This document shows positions 23,668-35,866 of a stretch of 64,000 bases of DNA, one piece after another. The notes under the pieces are model-generated. The model worked only from the letters and a program-made list of their open reading frames with translations. It ran no database searches and was not told where the DNA came from. A program made the position numbers and the translations under genes. Location of the stretch: positions 10,170,001 to 10,234,000 of the forward strand of contig NC_086109.1 in assembly GCF_963921235.1 (NCBI RefSeq), written 5' to 3'. The stretch's first letter is position 1. Each line of letters opens with the position of its first letter. The DNA is from Mobula hypostoma. Taxonomy: Eukaryota.

Positions 23668-24195
23668 ATGAAGCCACACTCAGGTTGGAGGAACAACACC
23701 TTATATACCGTCTGGGTAGCCTCCAACCTGATGGCATGAACATTGACTTCTCTAACTTCCGCTAATGCCCCACCCCCCCCGTACCCCATCCCTTATTTAT
23801 TTATATACACACTTCCTTTCTCTCTCTCCTTTTTCTCCCTCTGTCCCTCTGACTATACCCCTTGCCTATCCTCTGTGTTTTTCCCCCTTCCCCCATTTCC
23901 TTCTCCCTGGGCCTCCTGTCCCATGATCCTCTCATATCCCCTTTGCCTATCACCTGTCCAGCTTTTGGCTCCATCCCCTCCCCCTCCTGTCTTCTCCTAT
24001 CATTTCAGATCTCCCCCTCCCCCTCCCACTTTCAAATCTCTTACTAGCTCTTCTTTCAGTTAGTCTTGACGAAGGGTCTCGGCCTGAAACGTCAACTGTA
24101 CCTCTTCCTAGAGATGCCGCCTGGCCTGCTGCAATCACCAGCAACTTTGATGTGTGTTGCTTGAATTTCCAGCATCTGCAGAATTCCTCATGTAT
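23668..24195 (+). mobile_element. Penelope-like element 3' end (ORF C-terminus, UTR and hammerhead-bearing terminal repeat)
   Basis: RLEEQHLIYRLGSLQPDGMNIDFSNFR* is followed by a pyrimidine-rich tract and AGTCTTGACGAAGGGTCTCGGCCTGAAACGTCAACT (24062-24097). Confidence 0.85.
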
Positions 24196-24840
24196 ACAGG
24201 GTTAATGGTAGGATTCTTGACAGTGTGGATGATGCAGAGGGATCTAGGGGTCCACGTTCATAAATCCCTCAAAGTTGCTGTGCAAGCTGATAGCGGTTAA
24301 GAGGTCGAATGCTGTGTTGACCTTCATATGTCGGGGGAACTGAGATCAAGAGCCACAGGGTATTGTTGTGGCTCTATAAAACTCCGGTTGGACCACACTT
24401 GGAGCATCGTGCTCAGTTTTGATCGCCTCGTTATAAGGAGGTTGTGGAAGCTTTAGAGGAGGTGCAGAGGTTGCAGTCTTGATTGGATGAACGATTGAGT
24501 GAGTCGGGGCTTTTCCCTTTGGAGCGGAGGATGAGATGTGACCTGACTGAGATGTACAGATGATAAGAGGCATAGAAAGAGTGGATAGCCAGAGAATTTT
24601 TCCCGAGGTGGAAATAGCTGATACAAGGGACATAATTTTAAGGTGATTGGAGCGAAACATAGAGGGGGACGTCAGAGGTGGGCTTTTTGAGTAGCACTGC
24701 CCGGAGTGATGGTAGAGGAAGATGCATTTAAAGGACTCTTAGGTATTTGGTGAATGAAAAATGAAGGGAAGGGTTAAATTGATCTTAGAGTAGGTTAACC
24801 GTTCAGCACAACCTGGTGAGCTGAAGTGTCTGTACTGTAC
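24196..24840 (+). mobile_element. CR1 3' fragment (degraded)
   Basis: Homologous to the RT C-terminus at 26527-27228 (TACAGGGTTAATGGTAGGATTCTT, GACCACACTTGGAG). Confidence 0.8.
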
Positions 24841-25214
24841 AAGCCCATCCAGAGGGGCGGTCAGCATGGGGTGTCCTGCAGCTCCTGAGGGAAAAGAACA
24901 CAATTTATCCTGAAGAATGTGAGGCCACGGGAGCAGGAGTTGGATGGTCGTATGAGCAGCTGGTGCATATCGCAAGTCCTGGTTATGCAACCACTGACAC
25001 CAGGCAGACAGCCTCTGAGGAGTATTGATAATGGCTGGGGTCGCCCGTCTTGTAAAGACACAGACCAGAAGAAGGCAATGGCCAACCATTTCTGTGGAAA
25101 AATTTGCCAAGAACAATCATGGTCATGGAGAAGCTATGATCGCCCACACCATATGACATGGCACAGAATGTTGTTGATGACACTCAGGAGAGATAAACAT
25201 GTCATTTTTTGTTT

Positions 25215-25500
25215 ATTTTTATTTATTTATTTAGAGATACAACACAGAACAGGCCCTTCCGGCCCACCATGCTGCGTTGCCCAGCGACCCACTGATTTAA
25301 CCCCTGGCCTAATCACAGGCCAATTTCCAATGACCAATTGACCTGCTAACTGGTAGTCCTCTGGACTGTGAGGAGACCTGAGCAGCCAGAAGAAACACAT
25401 ACAGGCATGGGGAGAACATACAATCTCCTTACCGATGGCACCAGAACTGTGCTCCAAACTCCAACACCCCAAGCTCTAATAGTGTTGTACCAAACATGCC
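25215..25500 (-). mobile_element. V-SINE/HE1-like SINE
   Basis: Antisense V-domain-like core (GGAGATTGTATGTTCTCCCCATG...CAGTCCAG) and a CR1-like tail GGGCCTGTTCTGTGTTGTATCTC. Confidence 0.65.
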
Positions 25501-26526
25501 CCTTTTGACTAAGAGCTTTTACTGGGGTGGATTTTCAATTGCCATCTGGGTATCTGACCAATTTCATGAGCACAGACCCAGCACAGAGACCCCCTTGATG
25601 GATAAACAATTGGGCTATTTCTCTGCTGGATGAGTGATTTGCAAAGCAAGTGTTAACGCCCATTCACCAAAATAAAACTCTGCACATTTAAATTGCCATT
25701 TACAACTGGGATTCTATTATGACTAGAGACTTTCCTAATGACCAGCTTTTTTTAACCCCAGCTTAACCACATCAGAAAATCTTCTTCTGACATCATGTCT
25801 AGACTTCCTAACCCTCTCTGTAATTACAAGAAGCGTTCCACCCCAGAATTATACCCAGTTTTTAGAGTGTAGCTTGAGCGTGTTGGTTAAAAGTACAATA
25901 ACAATACAGTAAGCTAAATATCCTATTACAATTCTGGACAATTCTTGTTGACTTTATATGGTTACGACGACACAACAGGAAGCCGTCTATCCCCTTATGG
26001 CCATGCTGGCTCCAAGGGGAGCATTCCCAATCTACATATTTAAAGTCTGAAGTGATACACTCTGGAAGGTCAAACTTGAAAGCAGAGTTCAAGATCAAGT
26101 TTATTCAACCCAAACAACAAAACGTTCTCAGTACCATGGTGTATCCATGGATAACATGTATCATGCACAGCACATAAAATAAAATATTACCACAGATAAG
26201 TTCATAAAATATAATTCAAAGTGCATGTAGTGTGCAGCACAGGTAAACAGTAAACAGTCCTGTATTGGCAGGTTTCATAACAGTGTGGACAAAGATATAG
26301 ATCTCGTCCATCAGTCCCTCAAAGTTGCCATGCAAGTTGATAGGGTGGTCAAGAATACACGTTGGGTGTTGTCCTTCATCAATCAGGGGACTGAGTGCAA
26401 GAGCCACAGCGTAATGTTGCAGTTCTATAAAACCCTGGTTAGATCACACTTGGAGTACATAAAACATAGAACATAGAATAGTACAGCACAGTACAGGCCC
26501 TTCGGCCCACAATGTTGTGCCGACCC

Positions 26527-29260
26527 TCAAACCCTGCCTCCCATATAAGCCCCCACCTTAGATTCCTCCATATACCTGTCTAGTAGTCTCTTAAACTTCA
26601 CTAGTGTATCTGCCTCCACCACTGGCTCAGGCAGTGCATTCCACGCACCAACGGCTCTCTGAGTAAAAAACCTTCCTCTAATATCCCCCTTGAACTTCCC
26701 ACCCCTTACCTTAAAGCCATGTCCTCTTGTATTGTGCAGTGGTGCCCTGGGGAAGAGGCGCTGGCTATCCACTCTATCATCTATTCCTCTTATTATCTTG
26801 TACACCTCTATCATGTCTCCTCTCATCCTCCTTCTCTCCAAAGAGTAAAGCCCTAGCTCCCTTAATCTCTGATCATAATGCATACTTTCTAAACTAGGCA
26901 GCATCCTGGTAAATCTCCTCTGTACCCTTTCCAATGCTTCCACATCCTTCCTATAGTGAGGTGACCAGAACTGGACACAATACTCCAAGTGTGGCCTAAC
27001 CAGAGTTTTACAGAGTTGCATCATTACATCGCGACTCTTAAACTCTATCCCTTGACTTATGAAAGCTAACACCCCATAAGCTTTCTTAACTACCCTATCT
27101 ACCTGTGAGGCAACTTTCAGGGATCTGTGGACATGTACCCTGAGATCCCTCTGCTCCTCCACACTACCAAGTATCCTGCCATTTACTTTGTATTCTGCCT
27201 TGGAGTTTGTCCTTCCAAAGTGTACCACCTCACACTTCTACGGGTTGAACTCCATCTGCCACTTCTCAGCCCACTTCTGCATCCTATCAATGTCTCTCTG
27301 CAATCTTTGACAATCCTCTACACTATCTACAACACCACCAACCTTTGTGTCGTCTGCAAACTTGCCAATGCACCCTTCTACCCCCACATCCAGGTCGTTA
27401 ATAAAAATCACGAAAAGTAGAGGTCCCAGAACAGATCCTTGTGGGACACCACTAGTCACAATCCTCTAATCTGAATGTACTCCCTCCACCAACACCCTCT
27501 GCCTTCTGCAGGCAAGCCAATTCTGAATCCACCTGGCCAAACTTCCCTGGATCCCATGCCTTCTAACTTTCTGAATAAGCCTACCATGTGGAACCTTGTC
27601 AAATGCCTTACTAAAATCCATATAGATCACATCCACCGCACTACCCTCATCTATATGCCTGGTCACCTCCTCAAAGAACTCTATCAGGCTTGTTAGAGAC
27701 GATCTGCCCTTCACAAAGCCATGCTGACTGTCCCTGATCAGACCATGATTCTCTAAATGCCTATATATCCTATCTCTAAGAATCTTTTCCAACAGCTTTC
27801 CCACCACAGACGTAAGGCTCATTGGTCTATAATTACCCAGACTATCCCTACTACCTTTTTTGAACAAGGGAACAACATTCGCCTCCCTCCAATCCTCCGG
27901 TACCATTCCCGTGGACAACGAGGACGTAAAGATCCTAGCCAGAGGCTCAGCAATCTCGTCTCTCGCCTCATGTATCAGCCTGGGAAATATTCTGTCAGGC
28001 CTCGGGGACTTATCTGTCCTAATGTATTTTAACAACTCCAACACCTCCTCTCCCTTAATATCAACATGCTCCAGAACATCAACCTCACTCATATTGCCCT
28101 CACCATCATCAAGTTCCTTCTTATTGGTGAATACCGAAGAGAAGTATTCGTTGAGGACCTCGCTCATTTCCACAGCCTCCAGGCACATCTTCCTACCATT
28201 ATCTCTAATCAGTCCTACCTTCACTCCTGTCATCCTTTTTTTCTTCACATAATTGAAGAATGCCTTGGGGTTTTCCTTTACCCTACTCGCCAAGGCCTTA
28301 TCATGCCCCCTTCTTGCTCTTCTCAGCCCCTTCTTAAGCTCCTTTCTTGCTTCCCTATATTCCTCAATAGACCCAGCTGATCCTTGCTTCCTAAACCTCA
28401 TGTATGCTGCCTTCTTCCTCCTGACTAGATTTTCCACCTCACTTGTCACCCGTGGTTCCTTCACCCTACCATTCTTTATCTTCCTCACCGGGACAAATTT
28501 ATCCCTTACATCCCGCAAGAGATCTCTAAACATCGACCACATGTCCATAGTACATTTCCCTGCAAAAACATCATCCCAATTCACACCCGCAAGTTCTAGC
28601 CTTATAGCCTCATAATTTGCCTTTCCCCAATTAAAAATTTTCCTGTCCTCTGTGATTCTATCCTTTTCCATGATAATTATAAAGGCCAGGGAGCGGTGGT
28701 CACTGACCCCCAGATGCTCACCCACTGAGAGATCTGTGACCTGACCCGGTTCATTACCTAGTACTAGATCTAGTATGGCATTCCCCCTGGTCGGCCTGTC
28801 CCATACTGTGACAGGAATCCGTCCCAGACACACTTAACAAATTCTGCCCCATCTAAACCCTTGAAACTAATCAGGTGCCAATCAATATTAGGGAAGTTAA
28901 AGTCACCCGTGATAACAACCCTGTTATTTCTGCACCTTTCCAAATTCTGCCTCCTAATCTGCTCCTCTATATCTCTGCTGCTACCAGGGGGCTATATAAT
29001 ACTCCCAGTAGAGTAACTGCTCCCTTCCAGTTCCTGACTTCCACCCATACTGACTCAAAAGATGATCCTGCTACATTACCCACCCTTCTGTAGCTGTAAT
29101 AGTATCCTTGACCAGTAATGCCACCCCTCCTCCCCTTTTTCCGCCCTCTCTATCCCTTTTAAAGCACTGAAATCCAGGAATATTGGGAATCCATTCCTGC
29201 CCTGGTGCCAGCCAAGTCTCTGTAATGGCCACTACATCATAATTCCATGTATGTATCCAA
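26527..29260 (-). pseudogene. CR1 ORF2 (APE endonuclease-reverse transcriptase), disrupted
   Basis: ORFs 27466-28833, 27238-27459 and 26527-27228 are one frame broken by two TAG stops. Motifs include [31 protein letters not shown] and KFADDTK. The upstream APE part (VAITETWL, GDFNFPNIDW) is frameshifted or partly deleted. Confidence 0.92.
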
Positions 29261-29447
29261 GTTCATCAGCTTTGTTCCTGATGCTTCTTGCATTGAGGTT
29301 ACACACATTTCAGCCCTTCTACCTTACTGTCTTTACACTGTTTATTCTGCTTCTCTTTCCTCAAAGCCTCTCTGTATGTTATATCTGGCTTTACTTCATG
29401 CACTTCTTTCATTGCTCTATCGCTCTGGGTCCCATCCTCCTCGCAAA

Positions 29448-30452
29448 TTAGTTTAAACCCTCCCGAACCATGCTAGCAAACCTACCTGCAAGGATATTGC
29501 TCCCCCTCGAGTTCAGGTGCAACCCATCCAATTTGTACAGGTCTCACCTTCCCCAGAAGAGATCCCAATGATCTAAAAATCTAAAACCCTGCTCCCTGCA
29601 CCAACTCCTCAGCCAGGCATTCAACTGCCATCTCCTCCAATTCTTACCATCTCTGTCACGTAGCACTGGCAGCAATCCTGAGAACGTCACCCTTGAGGTC
29701 CTGTTCTTCAGCCTTCTGCCTAGTTCCCGAAACTCACACTTCAGGACCTCATCCCTCTTCCTGCCTATGTCGTTGGTCCCAACATGTATCACGACTTCTG
29801 GTTGCTTTCCCTCTCGTACCAGGATGTCGTGCACCCGGTCAGAGACATCCCGGACCCTGGCACCCGGGAGGCAACAAACCATGCGGGTGTCCTTCTCACG
29901 TCCACAAAATCTCCTGTCTGCTCCCCTGATTATAGAGTCTCCAATGATGACAGCTCTCCTCTTCTCTGTCCCACCCTTCTGCACCACAGGGTCAGACTCA
30001 GTGCCGGAGGCCCTGTCACCGTGGCTCACACGTGGTCGGTCGTCCCCGCCAACAGTATCCAGGACGGTAAACTTATTATTCAGGGGAATGACTACAGGGG
30101 TGCTCTGCACTACCTGTCTGCTCACCTTCGCTTTCCCCCCTCTGACTGTCACCCAACGACCTGCTTCCGACAGCCTAGGTGTGACTACCTCCCTGTAGCT
30201 CTCATCTATGACTGCCTCATTCTCCCTTATGAGTCGAAGGTCATCCAGCTGCTGCTCCAGATTCCTTACATGGTCTTCCAGATCGCCCAGCCGTATGCAC
30301 TTCTGGCAGATGTGACTCTGCGGGAGAGGGGCGTTCCCCCAAGACTGCCACATCTCACATGAGAGGCATATCACCGTCTCAGGGGACATTATAAAAGCTA
30401 ACTGTGAGCTAGCTTGTCCTCCGCCTCTTCTCGTCGAAGCCTCTCGAGTCAA
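29448..30452 (-). pseudogene. CR1 ORF1 (Cys-rich zinc-binding/coiled-coil region + SGNH/GDSL esterase domain)
   Basis: CxxC...CxxC, coiled coil, IGDSII (block I), CLPGA, HVGTND (block III). A single TGA at 29544-29546 is followed in frame by DLYKLDGLHLNSRG...GLN* (DxxH block V). Confidence 0.9.
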
Positions 30453-30572
30453 AGCCTCAAAGCTCCACTGTGTTCAGTTCTGGTCGCCTCTTTATAGGAT
30501 GGAAGTGGGAGCTTTACAAAGGGTGCAGAGAAGGTTTACCAGGATACTGCCTGGATTAGAGGGCGTGTCTTA

Positions 30573-31626
30573 GGCTACGTCCACACTACGCTGGATAATT
30601 TTGAAAACGCCGGTTTCGAGTAAAAACGACAGGCGTACACACTAAGCATTTTTCAAAATATCCCTGTCCACACTAACACGGATATTTGGGTGAATCTTCT
30701 CTATTGAGCACGCGCAGGACACACAGAAAACAAGCGAAGAGGAAACGGTATACTTAGTGCACGTTTGTCCAGTTACAGAGTAGAAAAACATAAAAGGAAT
30801 TGCTCTTGGCTCTCGTGCAAGAGGACTTAAAACTAAAAAATAACAAATACTGGAGCATATGGAGGCAACCAACAGGGAGTTCACGGACAGTATGACCCGG
30901 CTGACAACGAACATTGAAAAACTAACTAACTCTGTTGCAGTAATATAGCACCTTGTTAAATGTATAAAACATGTCTGCATCAGTATTATCCTGTATTTCC
31001 ATACAATGTTACATTAGGCTGTTACACATCCAGTGTCAGAGAAGTACTTGTATAAATAGATAAACCACCTTCATACAAGCAAGGACAGAAAATGGGGCAA
31101 AGTGAGTACACTTATTTATTCAGTAAACTATGGGTCAAAGTATTTGGTGAGTACATGTCTAACCCTTCTGGCTTCAGTCTCGTTGCCGTCTGTTCTGAAA
31201 TTGTTAGGTTATGTGGGGGGTTGCGTTCGAGAAAACAACGAAATGCCGCGCTGCGGCCATCTGTTCTGGCACGTCATGACAGCGTTTTTAAATAGTCAAA
31301 AAAGCTCACTTTACAATTTAACTGTCTCACCGTTCACACTGACTGCGCGTTATAACAGCCGTACAGCAGTGCTTGTGTAGTACCAAGCAGAAGCAGAAAA
31401 AGCATTGTTGTTGTGATGTTGTCATGACAGCGTTTTTAAATCTCTCCGTTTACCCTGTACACACTACAACGGATATTAGGCGTTTTCAGATTTATTCACT
31501 CCGGAGACCGTTCCTGAAAATCTCCGTTTTCGGGGGATGAAAACGTCGCTTTAGTCTGGACAGAGGGTCAAAACGAAGAGAAAAAGCTTCGTTTTCAAAA
31601 TTATCCGGCATAGTGTGGACATAGCC
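30573..31626. mobile_element. PIF/Harbinger non-autonomous element
   Basis: TIR GGCTACGTCCACACTACGCTGGATAATTTTGAAAACG / CGTTTTCAAAATTATCCGGCATAGTGTGGACATAGCC with 3-bp TSD TTA/TTA. It interrupts a CR1 fragment that continues to about 32030. Confidence 0.9.
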
Positions 31627-32429
31627 TTAGGAGGATAAGCTGAGAAAGCTGGGGATTTTCTCGTTGTAGTGAAGGGGGATGAGAGGTGGCTTGATAGAAC
31701 TTCACAAGGTGATGAGAGGCAACGTTGCAGTGGACAGCCAGCATCCGTTTTGCAGAGCAGCAATAGCTAAAATGAGAGGACATACTTTTAAGATGATTGG
31801 AGGTAATTTTATTTTTACACGGATAAGTTTATTTTTACGCAAAAGTTTAAGTGCATGGAACTTACTGCCAGGGTGGTGGTAGAAGCAAATGCATTGGGGG
31901 GCATTTAAGAAATTCTTAGATAGGGACATAAATGAAAGAAAAATGGTTATGTGGGAGAGAAGAGTAGGATTGATTTTGAAGTACGTTAAACGATTGGCCT
32001 GTACTGTGCTGTCTATGTTCTATGTTATACTGCAATGCTGCAACACAGGTCTATCAACTCCCGTTTGATGCTTCTGGCACTTACGTTACTAACAGGCAAG
32101 TTAGCACGGACGACCGTGAGAATAGGCCCTTGGGCCGAATAGGTCAGTGCCAGCTATAAAGCACCCCTTTAAACCAAACCCTCTCCAGTTTGCCTCCGTT
32201 CCTAACAGTGTCCCCAGATACTACCATTTCGCAACTACACTAGGAGTAACTTAGAGCAACCAATTAACCCACCAACCCCATACCTTTGTGGGACATGGGA
32301 GGAAACTGGAGAAGGTACAATTCAACGCATGAAATATAATATATAATACCTCCTATACCTAATAAAGTGACCACTGAGTGTATGTTGAAAGAAAAGCACG
32401 TTTATTATCAAAGAATGTATAATAATGTA

Positions 32430-33643
32430 TAATGGTCCTTTTCATTGACTACAGTTCTGCCTTTAATACCAACATTCCAAATAAACTGATTCCTGAGCTC
32501 CGTAACCTGGGCCTTAGCACTCAGATCTGCAGCTGGATCTTCAACTTCCTCACAGACAGGACCCAGGCTGTAAAAATAGGGGACAAACTCTCCTCTACAA
32601 TCACTCTGAGCACCAGTGCCCCACAAGGCTGTGTACTCAGCCCCCTGCTGTACTCACTGTACACCCATGATTGTGTAGCCAAGTTTCCATCGAACTCAAT
32701 ATATAAGTTTGCTGATGACACAACAATTGTAGGCCATATCTCGCATAATGATGAGTTTGAGTATGGAGAGGAAATTAAGAACCTGGTGGCATGGTGCAAA
32801 GACAGTAACCTATCCCTCAACGTCAGCAAGATGAAGGAATTGGCTGTTGACTTCAGAAGGAGTAGCGGACCGCATGACTCAATTTACATCGGTGGTGTGC
32901 AAGTGGAACAGGTCAAAAGCTTTAAGTTCCTCGGGGTCAATATCACAAATGACCTGACTTGGTCCAACCAAGCAGAGTTCACTGCCAAGAAGGCCCACCA
33001 GTGCCTTTACTTCCTGAGAATACTAAAGAAATTTGGCCTGTCCACTAAAACCTTCACTAATTTTTATAGATGCACCGTAGAAAGCATTCTTCTAGGGTGC
33101 ATCACAACCTGGTATGGAAGTTGTCCTGTCCAAGACCGAAAGAAGCTGCAGAAGATCGTGAACATGGCGCAGCACATCACACAAACCAATCTTCCGTCCT
33201 TGGACTCACTTTACACCGCACGCTGTCGGAGCAGTGCTGCCAGGATAATCAAGGACAAGACACACCCAGCCAACACACTTTTCGTCCCTCTTCCCTCCGG
33301 GAGAAGACTCAGGAGCTTGAAGACTCATCCGGCCAGATTTGGGAACAGCTTCTTTCCAACTGTGATAAGACTGCTGAACAGATCCTGACCCGGATCTGGG
33401 CTGTACCCTCCAAATATCTGGACCTTCCTCGGTTTTTTTGCACTGCCTTACTTTCCATTTTTCTATTTTCTACTTATGATTTACAATTTAAATTTTTAAT
33501 ATTTACTATTTTTTACTATTTTTACTATTTTTAATATTTAATATTTGTAATCCAGGGAGCAGAAAGCGCAGAATCAAATATCACTGTGATGATTGTACGT
33601 TCTAGTATCAATTGTTTAGCGACAATGAAGTATAAAGTATAAG
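32430..33643 (+). mobile_element. Rex1/Babar LINE, 5'-truncated, with an open 318-aa RT frame (32432-33388)
   Basis: [45 protein letters not shown] and LPSGRR. (TATAAAG)n-like tail. Confidence 0.93.
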
Positions 33644-35311
33644 TGTAATTATACACCTTGAAGTTTATCTGCTTACAGGCAGCCCAAAGCAAGAGAGGGT
33701 CTTCTGAAAGGTCCCAGCCCAAAACGTCGACTGTTTACTCTTTTCCATGGGTACTGCCTGGCCTGCTGTGTTCCTCCAGCATTGTTGTGTGTGTGGCTTG
33801 GACTTCTAGCATCTGCAGATTTTCACTTTTTTGGAACTGGCGAGTAGATGCCTTGGTACAGATCTGAAGGTAAAGCATCTGAATCCCACTATAGCACCTG
33901 GTAAATTCAAAATACCATACTAACTTGGAACAAAGCGATGGAATTGTAAATATGAAGCGCCAATTAACTCAATTCAGAGAAAAAAATTTGCTGTCCTTTC
34001 CCAGCAAAGCCTTTCTAAGACTTCAGAGCAAAAAAAACATCTCACTTCAGGAAATAATTAGAGATGGCCATTAAATGCCAGCTTTGTTGATAATATCACT
34101 GAATAAACAGAAAGATGAATTTATCAGCGAAACTGAAGAATGAAAATAAGATTTTTTTTCCGGTAGTTTTATTATCCTGACTTCTCTGCCTGAAAATAAA
34201 TCCAATATAATCATAATGTGGAAGATTGCAGATGTTACTCAAAGGAAGATTATCACAGGTCCCAGGGTAAGATGTTTGAGAAAGGCATCTAGTTGTACCA
34301 TTACAACAAAACACTTTAAGTTGAAGGTCTGGACCTCCTCATATATTTTTTAAATATCTGGGAGAACTTAAAACACAGTGCTGAAAGCCTCTACTTTTAT
34401 AGACAAATGTATTCAATCTAGAACTCTTTCTTAACTTCAAATTCTTTTTTTTTTGATCCAGATGTTTATTCAAACTTGCTCAAACTCTGTAGGTGCCAGG
34501 AAAACTGCTATAAAGGACATTTTAGCATTTTCTATTTACTTTAGGGCTGCTTTGGCAGAGTAAAAACAGGAATGGTTCTCACAATATTCCTGCCCTTGAT
34601 GCTTATCCTGTTTTTTTTTAAACAGCATCGTAATTGTACTAAAATGGAATGTGATTCTAAATCGTAAACACAGCACCGGCTCCTTCCAGTCCTGACGAAG
34701 GGTCTCCACCCAAAACTTCAACTCTTTATTCCTCTACATAAATGCTGCCTGACCTATTAAGTTCCTCCAGCATTTTGTGCAGTTATGAAGGATGATTTCA
34801 GATTCCAGAGCACTGTGTCACAGAGAGCCACTGCTTCACAGTGCCTCCGCCCATTCTGCTGCTCTCTGTGAAGATGTACTTGTTCTCCCTGTGACCATGT
34901 GAATTTCCACTCAGTGCTCGAGTGTCCTTCCACATCTGAAAATGTTCGGGTTGGTAAATTAATTAACCCTAACGTGCACAGAGTGGCTGAACATGGGGAG
35001 GACAAGTGAGATTGATGTTGATAAGGATTTGAGGAGAATAAAAAGCATGAAATAGATTCTTGATGGTGGATTTGGTGAGGCAAAGAGCTGGTATCTGTGC
35101 TATATGAATCTATTTTCAGTTCAAATCAAATGCTAAACACCTAAACTATTAATTTCATTCTCTATGGATTATACCTAACCTCCGGTATTTTCTGATTTTA
35201 TTTTAGGTTTCTGGGGGTGCAGGAGAGGTTTACCAGGATGCTGCCTGAATTGGAGAGCAGGGGATATAAGGATTCAAATTCAGATTTATTTATTTATTTA
35301 TTTATTTATCA

Positions 35312-35866
35312 CAGGGTTGCTCTGATGTGTCAAGTGTGCTAGAGTAGTGGGGTAGTGCTTGTCGCTCTCACTTTCAGCTTCCACCGCTGGCTGGCAGTCT
35401 TGCGAAAAGGAGAGCTGAATGTACAAGTCTCTCTCTGCCAGTACATGGCCTCTCCAGCAGCAAGCCTCATGTAGAGCCTCCTCGCTGGCGACACACAGAA
35501 ACTGAACTCCCTTCAGATTTGGGATGGCCTACAGAGAACGGGGAGGAGATCTGGCCCCTGCACACATGGATGAAGGCCACACAGGCCCACAAGTGAAGGC
35601 TACGGGAGTAAGCCCAGTCAGCAAATCCGGAGTGGAGCCTGTAAGACGGCTGGACATCATTGAACTTCCTTGCGGCAGCTCCTGCAGCCAGGCTTGTGCC
35701 AAACGTATTGCTTCATGAGCTTTCCTTTGGACTACGCTGGTGAGGCCGAGAGGGAGATCTTAGCGACTGGGCATCTCAGGATCTCCATACCTTCTGCCCA
35801 GGCTTGTGATGACGATCATCGGCCATTGTCCTTCAAGACAGACCAATGCCAGCCAACCAACCAACC
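35312..35866 (+). mobile_element. Unclassified ~555-bp retroposon with (CCAA)n tail
   Basis: Flanked by TATTTATCA (35303-35311, 35867-35875) and ends GCCAACCAACCAACC. No recognisable coding motif. Confidence 0.55.

Larger units (their letters stand above)
26457..30467 (-). mobile_element. Near full-length CR1 LINE (ORF1 + ORF2), inserted into an older + strand CR1 fragment
   Basis: Both ORFs are recognisable and there is a (TTCTATG)n tail. The host sequence rejoins as CACACTTGGAGTA|CTGTGTTCAGTTCTGG (26305-26456 and 30468 onward). Confidence 0.95.
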
